This document shows, piece after piece, positions 48,420 through 59,600 of a stretch of DNA of 64,000 nt. Position 1 is the first letter of the stretch; the number at the start of each line of letters is the position of its first letter. The DNA comes from Myxococcota bacterium (GTDB lineage: Bacteria > Myxococcota_A > UBA9160 > SZUA-336). Under the pieces are notes generated by a model, which worked only from the letters and a program-made list of their open reading frames with translations, ran no database searches and was not told where the DNA came from. Made by a program: the position numbers and the translations under genes. The stretch is taken from contig CBDFGR010000003.1 of assembly GCA_965247115.1 (NCBI GenBank), forward strand, positions 1 through 64,000, written 5' to 3'.

Positions 48420-48450
48420 CGGGATCAGGCTCTCGAGAGGCGCGCGCGGT

Positions 48451-48843
48451 TCAGGATTTCTCGACGAGCTGAACCAACACGCCGTGGGCAGAGCGCGGGT
48501 GGATGAACACCTGCCCCCCTGGCTGATCGGCTCCGATCAGCTGTGCGCCCTTCTGCTGAAGGTCCTTCACGGTCTGCTCGAGATCATCCACAGCCATGGC
48601 CACGGTGTGGATTCCCTCGCCGCGACTCTCGATCGCTCGTCCGACCGGGGTCTCGGCCCCAAGCGGCGCAACGACCTCCAGAAAACCGCCATCGGCGAGG
48701 GGAAAGAAGGCTTGCTTGATACCGATCGCCTCCGACTCGGCGGTGCGTTCGATCTCCATCCCCAGCGTGTCCTTGTAGGTGGCTATGCCCTCGTCGATGT
48801 TCTTGACCCGTACGACGATGTGGTCAACACCCTTGATTGCCAT
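48451..48843 (-). CDS. VOC family protein, methylmalonyl-CoA epimerase-like
   Basis: DHIVV, GEGIH, FIHPRSAHGVLVQL. Confidence 0.85.
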   Translation of the reverse strand: MAIKGVDHIVVRVKNIDEGIATYKDTLGMEIERTAESEAIGIKQAFFPLADGGFLEVVAPLGAETPVGRAIESRGEGIHTVAMAVDDLEQTVKDLQQKGAQLIGADQPGGQVFIHPRSAHGVLVQLVEKS

Positions 48844-48950
48844 CCGTCCCCTCCTTTTTGCCGTGCGAGTGTACTCTCCCGCAAGTAACGCCGTCTCGCC
48901 GCTTCGGAACCCTCTTTGGTCACGACGAGTTGCAGGGTATTCTTGCTCCC

Positions 48951-50051
48951 GTGCATGATGGCCCGCCCTTCCGCGCAGAGCATGTCGGCAGCCTGCTCAG
49001 GCCGCCCGAGCTACGACGCGCCTTTCGAGCGCAGCGCGACGGCGGAGTTCGAGCGGCGGACTTCTCCGCGCTTCAGGACCGGGCCATCGAGCAGGCGGTT
49101 GCGCTGCAGGAGCGCGCCGGCCTCCAGGTCGTGACGGACGGGGAGTTTCGGCGGGGCTCCTACTGGAGTCGCTTCGTAGAGCGGGTCGAAGGACTCGGCG
49201 TGCGCGAGGCCCAGTTCGAGTTCCAGGATGACTCGGGCGGCCGTCGCGCGTTCACCGCTCCCCATGTGGAGGGACGGCTGCGTCGCACCCGTGGGATCTC
49301 GACGGACGAGTTCGCGTTCCTTCGCTCGGTCACGTCGCGCACGACCAAGCTCACCCTGCCCTCACCCCCGACCATGCACTTCTGGCGCGGACCCGCTGGC
49401 GTCGAAGACGGCCTGTACGCCGAGCTAGAGCCGCTGTTCGCGGATCTCGCGCAGGTGTACCGCGAGGAGATCGCGGAGCTCGGTCGGATGGGTGCCCGCT
49501 ACGTTCAGCTGGACGAGGTGCCGCTGGCGATGCTCTGCGACGCTCGCGTTCGAGAGGCGGTCCGGGCCCGCGGCGAAGATCCCGACGCTCTGGTGTCGAC
49601 CTATGTCATGGCGATCAACTCCGCACTCGCCGGGCGTCCAGCCAATATGGTCGCCGCGCTGCATCTGTGTCGCGGGAACCTCAAGGGCAGCTACCTCTCC
49701 GAGGGAAGCTACGAGGCCGTGGCCGAGCGCATCTTCGGCGCGATCGAGGTCGACGCCTTCCTGCTGGAGTTCGACACCCAGCGCGCCGGCGGCTTCGCAC
49801 CCCTTCGCTTCGTACCTGAGGAGAAGCTCGCCATTCTCGGACTCGTGAGCTCCAAGCGCCGCGAGCTCGAATCGCCGGATGACCTGATGCAGCGCATCGA
49901 CCAGGCCAGCAAGGTGGTACCGCTGGGGCAGCTCGGGCTCAGCCCGCAGTGCGGGTTCGCGAGCACAGCCGCTGGAAACCCGCTCACCCTCGAGGACCAG
50001 GAGGCAAAGCTCCGGCTCGTCGTCGACGTTGCACGGCGCGTCTGGAGCTGA
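48951..50051 (+). CDS. Cobalamin-independent methionine synthase II family protein
   Basis: HVGSLLRP, TDGEFRR, HLCRGN, SPQCGFAS. Confidence 0.93.
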   Translation: MHDGPPFRAEHVGSLLRPPELRRAFRAQRDGGVRAADFSALQDRAIEQAVALQERAGLQVVTDGEFRRGSYWSRFVERVEGLGVREAQFEFQDDSGGRRAFTAPHVEGRLRRTRGISTDEFAFLRSVTSRTTKLTLPSPPTMHFWRGPAGVEDGLYAELEPLFADLAQVYREEIAELGRMGARYVQLDEVPLAMLCDARVREAVRARGEDPDALVSTYVMAINSALAGRPANMVAALHLCRGNLKGSYLSEGSYEAVAERIFGAIEVDAFLLEFDTQRAGGFAPLRFVPEEKLAILGLVSSKRRELESPDDLMQRIDQASKVVPLGQLGLSPQCGFASTAAGNPLTLEDQEAKLRLVVDVARRVWS

Positions 50052-50067
50052 CAGGCCGCTATCGATC

Positions 50068-52332
50068 TCAGCGACTCTCGAGCTTGTTCTCCAGCGTGTG
50101 GGTAAGTAGCTCGAAGACGTTCTCGGGAGTGACCGGGAGCTCCTTCACGCTCACTCCGACCGCATCGAGGATGGCGTTCACGATGGCCGGGGCAACTCCG
50201 CTGATCGACTGCTCGCCGATCGGCTTTCCGCCGTAGGGAGCGGGTCCTCCGGTCTCGCTTCGGAGCAGCACCGTGCGCAGCTCCGGGATGTCGCGGATCG
50301 TGGGTAGCTTGTACTCGCCCAGCGACGGGTTGGTCACACGACCGTCGTCGTACTCGAGCGCCTCCAGCAGCGCAGCGCCAATGCCCTGCACGATGCCGCC
50401 CTCGATCTGCCCCTGGTGGGCGATGGGATTGAGAATCGCGCCAACATCGTGCGCGGTCGTGAAGCGCACGAGCTTGACCTGTCCCGTGTCGGGATCGACC
50501 TCCACCTCGGCCACCTGACTCGAGAAGTTCGTGATCGACGCATCGACCTCGCCCTCGTGCGTATATCCGGCCTCCACGCTGCCGCCCGCACCCTGGGCCA
50601 GCTCCGCGAGCTCGAGTGCTGGGCCCTCGCCCACGAACGCGCGTCCGTCGGAGAAGCGAACCGCCTCGGGAGCGCCGCCGAGTCTCGCCGCGGCAAGCCT
50701 TGCGAGCTGCGCACGGAGCTCGCGCGCGACGCCGTAGGCCGCGTGTCCTCCCACGTTCGTGACCCGAGCTCCTCCAACGCCGCTGTCGAAGTCCGCGTCA
50801 TCGGTGCTCCAGGTCTCGACGCGCACGGACTCGTGGGGCACCTGGAGCTCCTGCCCTATGATTTGACGCAATACCGTGTAGAACCCAGTACCCGTGTCCC
50901 GCAGAGCCGTGTAGAAGGTGAGCGACCCGTCGCCAGCCAGCACCAGCTTCGCGGGGGACACGCCGGTGGGGACGGCCCGCTCGCAGATCGCCATTCCCCG
51001 ACCGACTTTCCTTCCGCGCTGGACCGGCTTGGGGTCGCGATAGCCGGACTCCTTGGCGGCCGCCTCCAGGGTGCGAGTGGCCATGATGTTCTGCCAGCTC
51101 TGGCCGAGAGGAGCCAGGTCCCCGTCCCGCACCAGGTTCTTGAGCCGGAACTCGTAGGGGTCCATTCCGAGCTCGCGCGCGATCAGGTCGATCTGCGCCT
51201 CGGAAGCAAAGACGGACTGGGGGTCGCCGGGAGAGCGCATGCTGCCGCAGGGAACGTGATTCGTGTACACCATGTACGCGTCGATCCTGCCGTGCTCCAT
51301 CCGGTATGGACCGAGGCTGCGGCGCCCGTACATGATGCCGGGCGCAGGCTTGAAGGCGGCATAGCCACCGCTGTCGAAAACGAGGTGAGCGTGACGAGCG
51401 GTGAGCGTGCCGTCGCGGCGCACACCCGTCCTGAAGGTTATGACCGCGGGGTGGCGAGGGTTCGCAGCCATGAGCTCCTCGCTGTAGCTCATGGTCATCC
51501 GGATGGGCCGACCCGTCGCCCTCGCCAGCCAGTAGCAGACGTGGGTGTCCATGAAGCCGCCCTTGCCGCCGAAGTCCCCCCCGATGAGGATCGGATTGAC
51601 GCGGACGCGGTCCTGCTCGACCCCGATGCCGCCCGCAAGCTGCTGGCGGAGCTGAAAGGGCATCTTGCTGTTGGCCCAGACCTCCACGCGGTCCTCGTCG
51701 GTGATCCGCACGACCGTGGCGTGAGGCTCGATGTAGCCCTGGTGCTGGTGAGCCGTCCGAAAGCGGTGCTCGAAAACGAGCTCCGACTCCGCGAGCGCGC
51801 GCTCGACGTTCCCGTTCTCCCAGACCGCGTGCGCGGTCACATTCGGGTGCTCCTGCGGTCCATCCACCCGACCCTTGTAGTCCATGAAGCCCGGGTGAAG
51901 AGCAGGAGCATCGGCTTCCATCGCGTCGAGAGGATCGAGCAGCGGCTCCAGCTCCTCGTACTCCACGTCGATGAGCGCGAGGGCCTCCTCGGCGACCTCC
52001 GGGGTGTCGGCGGCGACTGCCGCCACCTTCTGCCCGGCAAAGCGCACGACGTCGCGAGCGAGCACGGGAATGTCCCGCAGGAAGCGCCCGACCAGCACAT
52101 CGGGCAGGTCCCGGCTCGTGAGCACAGCGCGAACGCCGGGAAGGGCGCGGGCCTCTGACGCATCGATCGAGACGATTCGCGCGTACGGAACCGGGCTCCT
52201 GAGGCACTTGCCCACGAGCATGCCGGGCAGGCGGAGGTCAGCCGGATACAGCCCTCGCCCCGTCACCTTCTCCGGGCCATCCGCCCGTCCGACCTCGACT
52301 CCGATGGTTCCAGTGGCCGTCGACATCGTCAT
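50068..52332 (-). CDS. Xanthine dehydrogenase-family molybdopterin subunit
   Basis: KVTG, YIEPH, GGDFGGK, GSMRSPG, GQIEGG, KPIGE. Confidence 0.93.
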   Translation of the reverse strand: MTMSTATGTIGVEVGRADGPEKVTGRGLYPADLRLPGMLVGKCLRSPVPYARIVSIDASEARALPGVRAVLTSRDLPDVLVGRFLRDIPVLARDVVRFAGQKVAAVAADTPEVAEEALALIDVEYEELEPLLDPLDAMEADAPALHPGFMDYKGRVDGPQEHPNVTAHAVWENGNVERALAESELVFEHRFRTAHQHQGYIEPHATVVRITDEDRVEVWANSKMPFQLRQQLAGGIGVEQDRVRVNPILIGGDFGGKGGFMDTHVCYWLARATGRPIRMTMSYSEELMAANPRHPAVITFRTGVRRDGTLTARHAHLVFDSGGYAAFKPAPGIMYGRRSLGPYRMEHGRIDAYMVYTNHVPCGSMRSPGDPQSVFASEAQIDLIARELGMDPYEFRLKNLVRDGDLAPLGQSWQNIMATRTLEAAAKESGYRDPKPVQRGRKVGRGMAICERAVPTGVSPAKLVLAGDGSLTFYTALRDTGTGFYTVLRQIIGQELQVPHESVRVETWSTDDADFDSGVGGARVTNVGGHAAYGVARELRAQLARLAAARLGGAPEAVRFSDGRAFVGEGPALELAELAQGAGGSVEAGYTHEGEVDASITNFSSQVAEVEVDPDTGQVKLVRFTTAHDVGAILNPIAHQGQIEGGIVQGIGAALLEALEYDDGRVTNPSLGEYKLPTIRDIPELRTVLLRSETGGPAPYGGKPIGEQSISGVAPAIVNAILDAVGVSVKELPVTPENVFELLTHTLENKLESR

Positions 52333-52796
52333 CCCGTAGAGGAGGGCGCCGCACCGAGCTCATGGCTGACCTGCTCCGCGAAGCCACGCAGCATGGCCTG
52401 GGTCTTGCGCCGGATCAGTGGCTGCCCGAACTCGCTGATCTTCCCCTGTAGCTGGGCGTCGAGCCCGACTTCGAGCTGCGTTCTGCCCGCGTTCTCCTCG
52501 GAGAGCTGCAGCTGCAGGTACGCGCGAAGCCGACCTCCGCGCTTGCGATCCCTCGCGTCCGCACGGAGCAGAATGCGCGAGCGCGCGGGGTCGCGGAGCT
52601 CGACCTGCAGGGTTCCCTCGAAACGCAGGGCGACCGGACCCAGCTTGACGCGAAGGGCGCCGCGGAACTGATCGTCGTCGAGCGCGTCGAAGGTCTCCAC
52701 CCCCTCCATGCAACGCGCTACGCTGGGTGCGTCGAGAAAGAAGTCCCAGACCGCGGGCCGGCTCGCGTGAATTGTGCAGCTCTCGGTAAACTTCAC
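52329..52796 (-). CDS. CoxG-like SRPBCC protein
   Basis: VWDFFLD...VARCMEG, VKLGPV, GKISEFG. Confidence 0.85.
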   Translation of the reverse strand: MKFTESCTIHASRPAVWDFFLDAPSVARCMEGVETFDALDDDQFRGALRVKLGPVALRFEGTLQVELRDPARSRILLRADARDRKRGGRLRAYLQLQLSEENAGRTQLEVGLDAQLQGKISEFGQPLIRRKTQAMLRGFAEQVSHELGAAPSSTG

Positions 52797-53661
52797 GCGG
52801 CCTCCAGCGCTCTCTGCCACGCGTCCTCGAGCGCGCGTCGCACGAACACTCCGGCCATAGAACGCTTGTACGCAGCCGATCCGCGCGTATCGGTCAGCGG
52901 ATCCGTGACCTCCATGGCCGCGCTGGCAGCAGCAGCCGAGAGCTCCGGGCTGAGTCGCTGCCCGCGAACCAGGTCTTCGCTCGCCCGAGCCCGCAGTGGC
53001 GTCGGTCCCACGCACCCCATTGCGATGCGACAGTCCGCACAGGTCTCGGTGGCGCGGTCCAGCCGGACCGAGGCCGCCACCGCCACGGTGGCGTAGTCGT
53101 CCTCGCTGCGGGGCAGGAACTTGTGATACACGACGCCGGTGTCTGCATTGGGCAGCGGGATGCGGACCCCGGTGACGAGCTCGTCGGGCTCGACCACCGT
53201 CTCGTAGTAGTCGCGGAAGAAGCTCCCCAGGGGCACGTCGCGGCTCCCCGAGCTGGAGCGCAGCTCGGCTCTGGCGTCCAGCGCCAGCAGCGTCACCAGC
53301 GGATCCTGATTCGGGTCGGCGTGCGCCAGCGATCCACCGACCGTGGCCAGATTGCGAATCCGGATCGTGGCGACACGATGATAGGTCTCGGAAAGAGCGG
53401 GGATGTGAGCTCGGACTTGCGGCGCGAGCTCTACGGCCCGATGGGTCAGCAGCCCTCCGAGACGAAGCTCGCTCGTGTCGACGTGGACTCGATCCAGGTC
53501 CGGCACACGCGACACGTCGACTACGAGCTCCGGGACGAGCAAGCGCTGCTTGAGCATCAGGACGAGCGCAGTCCCACCCGCCATCAGCCTGGCCTCGTCG
53601 CCGTGCTGCCTGAGCAGGTCGAGGGCCTCCTCCAGCTTGCCGGCTGAGCGGTACTCGAAGC

Positions 53662-53665
<4 letters not shown>
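52793..53665 (-). CDS. Mo-hydroxylase FAD subunit (CoxM-like)
   Basis: MAGGT, IRNLATVGG, DTRGSAAYKR. Confidence 0.93.
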
Positions 53666-54171
<506 letters not shown>

Positions 54172-54304
54172 CGGCTGGAGGCGATGATCCGTGAGCGGAG
54201 CGGTCGAGGTCAAGCGGCTTGCCGCCTGCGCAGGGTCCGGCGTTGCGGCCAGGTCGAAGTCGGAGGCAGCCCGACGTAGACTGACAAGTCAGAGAGGAGG
54301 AGGC

Positions 54305-54769
54305 GTGTCAAAGCAACGAGACAAGATCCGGATGTCCGATGAAGAGATCCGCGAGTTCATCGAGGAGCAGAAGAGCCTGCAGGTCGCCACGCTGAATCGC
54401 GACGGCTCCCCCCACCTGACCACCCTCTGGTTCGCGATCGTAGACGATGACATCGTCTTCGAGACCTTCACGAAGTCACAGAAGATCAAGAATCTCGAGC
54501 GCGATTCCCGCATCACCGTGCTGCTCGAGGACGGAACGGACTACGCCGAGCTGCGCGGCGTCTCGATCAGCGGGCGTGCAGAGCTGCACAAGGATCCCGC
54601 GGTCGTCCATGGCTATGCAACCCAGTTGATGGCGCGCAACAACCCCGAGGTTTCAAAGGAGAACCTGGCCCAGGCTGCGAAAAGAATGGCCGCGAAGCGC
54701 ACCGTCGTCGTGGTCAAGCAGCAGAAGCTCGTTTCCTGGGACCATCACAAGCTGGGCGGCCCCAACTGA
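54305..54769 (+). CDS. PPOX-class split-barrel flavin/F420 oxidoreductase
   Basis: DGSPHLTTLWF, SQKIKNLERD, SWDHHKL. Confidence 0.85.
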   Translation: MSKQRDKIRMSDEEIREFIEEQKSLQVATLNRDGSPHLTTLWFAIVDDDIVFETFTKSQKIKNLERDSRITVLLEDGTDYAELRGVSISGRAELHKDPAVVHGYATQLMARNNPEVSKENLAQAAKRMAAKRTVVVVKQQKLVSWDHHKLGGPN

Positions 54770-54802
54770 AGCTCCGCTCTTTCGTGATGTCGAAGTCCGC
54801 GC

Positions 54803-56020
54803 CTACTTGCTCCTCTGCGCGGCCCAATCTCGCGGAAGTCCCAGCCCTCGCTCTCCAATGATATTGCGCTGAATGTTCGAGCTGCCGGCCGCGATTGCTC
54901 TGCCGAGCGAGCCCATGTAGCTCGCGACCCAGCCGCGACTGTCGCTCGGTGGCTCGACATCGAATACCTCAGCCTCGGTGGCCGCCAGCAGGCCGTCGTC
55001 ACCAATCAGCTCCATCGCGAGCTTGGCCAGCTCCTGCCCGATTTCGGTCGCGATCAGCTTTGCCATGAGCTGGATCCGCCCAGGATCCTGCCCCTTGATG
55101 TTCTTCGTGCCGCGGTAGTGGAGCGAGTACTCATACGCCTTGATGTAGCCCTCGATCTCCGCAAGCTTCTGCCGAACCTCGGGGTCCTCGATAGCCGGCC
55201 TGCCGTTGCGCCTGGTGCTCTGTGCTAGCTTCACCAGCGCAGGCAGCTGAGCCGTCACCTGGCCGACGTTGAGCTGACCGCTGCGCTCGTGCTTCAGGGT
55301 CGTGCGCGAGACCAGCCACCCCTCGCCACGCTCGCCCACGATCCAGTCCTTGGGCGTCTTCGCATCGGTGAAGAAGACCTGGCTGAAGCCGGAGCTTCCA
55401 GTCATCTGCAGCAATGGGCGGACCTCGACGCCCGGCTGGTGCATGTCGATCAGCAGGTACGAGATGCCAGCATGCTTCGGCTGATCCGGCTCGGTGCGCA
55501 CCAGGCAGAAGCAGTAGTCCGCTTCCTGGGCTCCGCTGGTCCAGATCTTCTGGCCGTTGATTACCCACTCGTCGCCGACGAGCTCTCCCTTGGTCTGAAG
55601 GGAGGCCAGATCGCTGCCCGAGCCCGGCTCGCTGTAGCCCTGACACCAGCGGATGTGACCGCGGATGGTCGGGCGGATGAACTTCTCCTTCTGCCACTCC
55701 TCGCCTCGCTCGAGGAGCGTCGGGACCAGCAGACCCATACCCGCTCCGATTCCAACGGGATCGCCGGGCGCTCGGACGCTGCGAAACTCCTCGCTGATCA
55801 CGGAGGCCTTTCCGGCATCCGTCGGCTGCTCCGAGCCTCCGTACTTCCTCGGTACCGAGCGCGCCAGGTAGCCAGCGTCGACCGCCTTGTCGCGAAAGCG
55901 ATCGGCCTGCTCCTCGCGCGAGAGCTCCGTGTCCGGGCCTTTTGGAGGCCAGTTCTGGGCGAGGAACGCCTGTACCTCCGCGCGAAACCCCTCGTACTCT
56001 TCCCCGTGGCTCAGGTCCAT
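54803..56020 (-). CDS. Acyl-CoA dehydrogenase
   Basis: WCQGYSEPGSGSDLASL, NGQKIWTS, IAAGSSNIQRNIIGER. Confidence 0.95.
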   Translation of the reverse strand: MDLSHGEEYEGFRAEVQAFLAQNWPPKGPDTELSREEQADRFRDKAVDAGYLARSVPRKYGGSEQPTDAGKASVISEEFRSVRAPGDPVGIGAGMGLLVPTLLERGEEWQKEKFIRPTIRGHIRWCQGYSEPGSGSDLASLQTKGELVGDEWVINGQKIWTSGAQEADYCFCLVRTEPDQPKHAGISYLLIDMHQPGVEVRPLLQMTGSSGFSQVFFTDAKTPKDWIVGERGEGWLVSRTTLKHERSGQLNVGQVTAQLPALVKLAQSTRRNGRPAIEDPEVRQKLAEIEGYIKAYEYSLHYRGTKNIKGQDPGRIQLMAKLIATEIGQELAKLAMELIGDDGLLAATEAEVFDVEPPSDSRGWVASYMGSLGRAIAAGSSNIQRNIIGERGLGLPRDWAAQRSK

Positions 56021-56102
56021 GTCAGGACTCCCCTCGTCAACCGAGCTAGTCGGCTGCGGGCAAGGTTCTCATCATCGTGCCGTCGGGCACAACTCCGAGC
56101 AG

Positions 56103-58973
56103 TCACTCCGTCGAGCCGCCCCAGCGAGCAATGAAGAGATTCGTCTCTCCGGCGGGTCCAGCGCGGTTGCTCGCGAACACGAGCCAGCGGCCATCCGGCG
56201 AGAGCATGGGGAAGCTGTCGAAGCCCTGCGCGTACGTGACCCGTACCGGCCGGTCACCCTCGAGACCCACGGTGAAGAGATCGAACTCGCGTTCGGAGCC
56301 CCCCAGGTTGCTGGCGAAGATCGCTCCCGAGCCGTCGGGCAGAGGGTACGGAGCGAAGTTTGCTCGTCCGTTGTCCGTGAGCTGGCGCACGTTCGATCCG
56401 TCCGCATCCATCCAGAAGATCTCGAGCGCAGAGGGCTGAACCAGGTCAGCGGCGAGCAGCTCGCGGTACTTCGCGAGCTCCTCGCCGTGAGGACGCGAGG
56501 CGCGCCACACGAGCGAGGAGCAGTCCTGCGTGAAGAAGGCGCCACCGTCGTAGCCAGGCGTGTCCGTCAGCTGCCGGAGATCAGAGCCATCGCTGTTCGC
56601 TACGTACAGGTCCAGGTCACCGTTGCGGGTCGAGGTGAACACGACGCGGCCATCGCGCATGCAGACGGTGGCCTCCGCGTCGTAGCCGGGGTGCGGCAGG
56701 AAGCTCGCGGGGCTCGAGGCAGAGTCGGACTGCCAGACCAAGTCGTACTCGAAGAGACCCCAGACGTAGCCGCGCGAGCGGTCCGGCGGTGCCGGACACT
56801 CCGCGCTGACCGACTCGGTGGTCGCGTAGATCACTCGCTCGCCCCGGGGATAGGCGTAGTAGCCGCAGGTGGTGCGACCGCGCCCTGACGAGAGTCGGGT
56901 CTGGGCCCCGCTGGAGAGGTCCAGGAGGAATTGCTGATCGCAACCCCCGTCCGCCGGCGTGCGCTGGAACACGAGCGAACGACCATCGGGTGAGAAGTAG
57001 GCCTCCGCGTTCTCGCCGCCGAACGTGAGCTGGCGCAGGTCCGCCAGCTGCAGCTCGCGGGGCTCCAGCAGGTGGCCCGCGTCTTTGCCCGCGGTGGGAG
57101 CCCAGTCCTCTTGCGAGGGCGCCGCGTGGGCAGGCGCGCTGCTCGGATCCACGCTCTCGCGGCGTCCGAGCGTCGCGGTCACGTCGACGCGCGTGCCGTC
57201 GCGCAGCAGCTCGATCTCGATCACCTCGCCAGGACGATGCTCCCGCAGCACGAAGGTCATGTCGTACAGGTTGTGGATCTCGACACCCGCCATCGAGACG
57301 ATGCGATCGCCGGCGCGCAGCCCCGCTTGATCGCCGGGCCCATCCTTGCGGACGCCGCTCAGCAGGACGCCGCCCGTTCCACCCATCATCTCGCTGAAAT
57401 CCGGAACCGTACCGAGATAGGAGCCGTAGCTGCGGCTATCCCCCACGAGGGGCGCGGCGCTCTCCGCGGGTCGATAGGTGAGCGCCTGGTCGGCTTCCAG
57501 CAGCTCGCGCAACACTCCCTGCAGGAGTCCCGCCACCTGCCCCCCACCCTCGAGGTTCAGTGTTTTCGGATCGTCGTCCGGGGTGTGGTACTCCGTGTGG
57601 CCCCCGGTGAAGAGGTGGACGACCGGGATTCCCTGCTCGTAGAAGGGCAGCTGATCGGAGGGGCCGTAGCCATCTCCTCCGGTCACCACTTCCAGCCCGG
57701 ATTGCTTGCCGCGGCGCTCCAGGAGTGCCGACCACTCTGGTGCCGAATCGCTGCCCAGCCCCCAGAGCTTGTCATCGCGAAGGCGCCCCACCATGTCGAG
57801 ATTCACCATCGCGGTGGTGGCCTCGAGCGGAAAGGCCGGGTGGCGCACGTACTCGAGCGAGCCTGCCAACCCGATCTCCTCGGCGGTGAAGGCGATCACC
57901 ACCAGGCTGCGGCGGTGCGGACCCGGGTCGTTCTCCAGCTCGCGGATCAGCGCGCCGACGCCGCACACCATTGCCGCGACGCCGGACGCATTGTCGTCCG
58001 CCCCATTGTGTACGGCGGCGCCGCGTTGGAGCGAGCCGGTGCCGCCCATCCCCAGGTGATCGTAATGAGCGCCTACAACGACCGCCTCCCGCGCCAGCGA
58101 TCCGCGTCCGGGCAGCAGACCCACGACGTTCTTGACACTGACTCGTGTAGTCTGCAGATCGATGCGCCCGCTGACCTCGAGCCCCTCGATCTCGAAAGAG
58201 TGGGGGCGAGTGTCCGCGTCGATCGCCGCGTGCAGATCTTCAGGGTCACGGCCGGCGGCGAGCAGCCACTCCCTCGCCACGGCCTGTGAGACCTGGAGGA
58301 CAGGCAGACCCGCGGGGGACACGGGACCACGGGCACGCAGCGGCGGGAGTCTGTCCTCTTCCTCTCCGGGGGGAGAGACCAGTACGAGCGCCGCAGCTCC
58401 GGCCTCGCGGGCGATCAACGCCTTGTAACGCAGGCCCGACCAGCGGCTGGCCCGCGTGCCCTCGAAGGGGCTGTCCGGGTCGCGTTCCCCTGGCTCGTAG
58501 CGCCAGGCCAAGGCTACCTTGCCCGTGACATCGAGGCCTGCGTAGTCGTCATACCCCAGCGGCTCCGCGCGGATCCCGTAGCCGACGAAGACCAGGGGTC
58601 CGGCGAACTCCCCCGCCGACGAGAAGCCGAGCGGAGTGAAGTCCACGCCCCGCTCGCCCCGGGTGCTCTCCCATTCGAGCGAGCTGGCGGGTCCCTGGGC
58701 AACACCCGTAACGGTCTCGAAGGGCTGCGCGTAGCCGGTTCCTGTCGCCTGCAGGCCAACGGCGGCGAAACGCTCCTCCAGGAAGCGAGCAGACCGCTCG
58801 AGGCCCTGGGTTCCAACACCACGGCCCTGCATGTCATCGTCCGCGAGCACCTCGACAATACCCTGGAAGCAAGCCGTTGCCGGAGCCACACCTCGGGCGC
58901 GGGCCGTTGGCTCGGCCACGCACCCCAGCAGCACCAGACTTGCGCCGATCACCCCACGGGTAGACTCGAGCAT
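56103..58973 (-). CDS. M28 peptidase lipoprotein with PA, PDZ and C-terminal PD40/TolB-like repeats
   Basis: LLGC lipobox, GAHYDH, GADDNASG, AEEIG, YLGTVPD, GENAEAYFSPDG, YDGGAFF. Confidence 0.9.
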   Translation of the reverse strand: MLESTRGVIGASLVLLGCVAEPTARARGVAPATACFQGIVEVLADDDMQGRGVGTQGLERSARFLEERFAAVGLQATGTGYAQPFETVTGVAQGPASSLEWESTRGERGVDFTPLGFSSAGEFAGPLVFVGYGIRAEPLGYDDYAGLDVTGKVALAWRYEPGERDPDSPFEGTRASRWSGLRYKALIAREAGAAALVLVSPPGEEEDRLPPLRARGPVSPAGLPVLQVSQAVAREWLLAAGRDPEDLHAAIDADTRPHSFEIEGLEVSGRIDLQTTRVSVKNVVGLLPGRGSLAREAVVVGAHYDHLGMGGTGSLQRGAAVHNGADDNASGVAAMVCGVGALIRELENDPGPHRRSLVVIAFTAEEIGLAGSLEYVRHPAFPLEATTAMVNLDMVGRLRDDKLWGLGSDSAPEWSALLERRGKQSGLEVVTGGDGYGPSDQLPFYEQGIPVVHLFTGGHTEYHTPDDDPKTLNLEGGGQVAGLLQGVLRELLEADQALTYRPAESAAPLVGDSRSYGSYLGTVPDFSEMMGGTGGVLLSGVRKDGPGDQAGLRAGDRIVSMAGVEIHNLYDMTFVLREHRPGEVIEIELLRDGTRVDVTATLGRRESVDPSSAPAHAAPSQEDWAPTAGKDAGHLLEPRELQLADLRQLTFGGENAEAYFSPDGRSLVFQRTPADGGCDQQFLLDLSSGAQTRLSSGRGRTTCGYYAYPRGERVIYATTESVSAECPAPPDRSRGYVWGLFEYDLVWQSDSASSPASFLPHPGYDAEATVCMRDGRVVFTSTRNGDLDLYVANSDGSDLRQLTDTPGYDGGAFFTQDCSSLVWRASRPHGEELAKYRELLAADLVQPSALEIFWMDADGSNVRQLTDNGRANFAPYPLPDGSGAIFASNLGGSEREFDLFTVGLEGDRPVRVTYAQGFDSFPMLSPDGRWLVFASNRAGPAGETNLFIARWGGSTE

Positions 58974-59031
58974 AGCGGGCATATAGGTCGTGGGAGCCGC
59001 ACGGTCAACGCCTCTGGTATCCTTCGCGTTC

Positions 59032-59598
59032 GTGACCCTCGATCGAGCGAGCGCATGGGAGCAGCTCTGCTCCTGGACGGAGACCGAGTCCCTCCGCAAG
59101 CACGCGCGCGCCGTCGAGCTGGTCATGCGCGCCGCGGCCGAACGCTACGGGGCGGGCGAGTCGGACGTGGAGCGCTGGGGCATCGCCGGCATGCTGCACG
59201 ACGCCGACTACGAGCGCTGGCCCGAGGAGCATCCCAAGCGCATCGTCGCCTGGCTAGAAGAGTCAGGGGAGCCCGAGATCGCCCACGCCGTCTCCGCGCA
59301 CTACACCAAGTGGAACGTCGCTCACGAGACTGCCCTGGACAGAGCGCTGCTCGCCTGCGACGAGCTCACGGGCTTCATCGTGGCATGCTGTCTGGTCCGA
59401 CCGGACGGGATTCGCAGCCTTCGGCCGAAGAGCGTGCGCAAGAAGCTCAAGGACAAGGCCTTCGCCGCAAAAGTCGAGCGTCACGAGGTCGCATCGGGCG
59501 CGGAGCTGCTAGGAGTCGACCTCGCCGAGCACATCCAGTTCGTGATCGATGCGCTGACGCCTCACCACGACGAGCTCATGCTCGGAGGGCGTGGCTGA
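59032..59598 (+). CDS. HD-domain hydrolase
   Basis: LRKH, MLHDADYE, ACDELTG, KDKAFA. Confidence 0.9.
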   Translation: MTLDRASAWEQLCSWTETESLRKHARAVELVMRAAAERYGAGESDVERWGIAGMLHDADYERWPEEHPKRIVAWLEESGEPEIAHAVSAHYTKWNVAHETALDRALLACDELTGFIVACCLVRPDGIRSLRPKSVRKKLKDKAFAAKVERHEVASGAELLGVDLAEHIQFVIDALTPHHDELMLGGRG

Positions 59599-59600
59599 GC

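Noticed and set aside
50068..52332. Aerobic CO dehydrogenase
   Set aside because: Active-site loop lacks AYxCSFR
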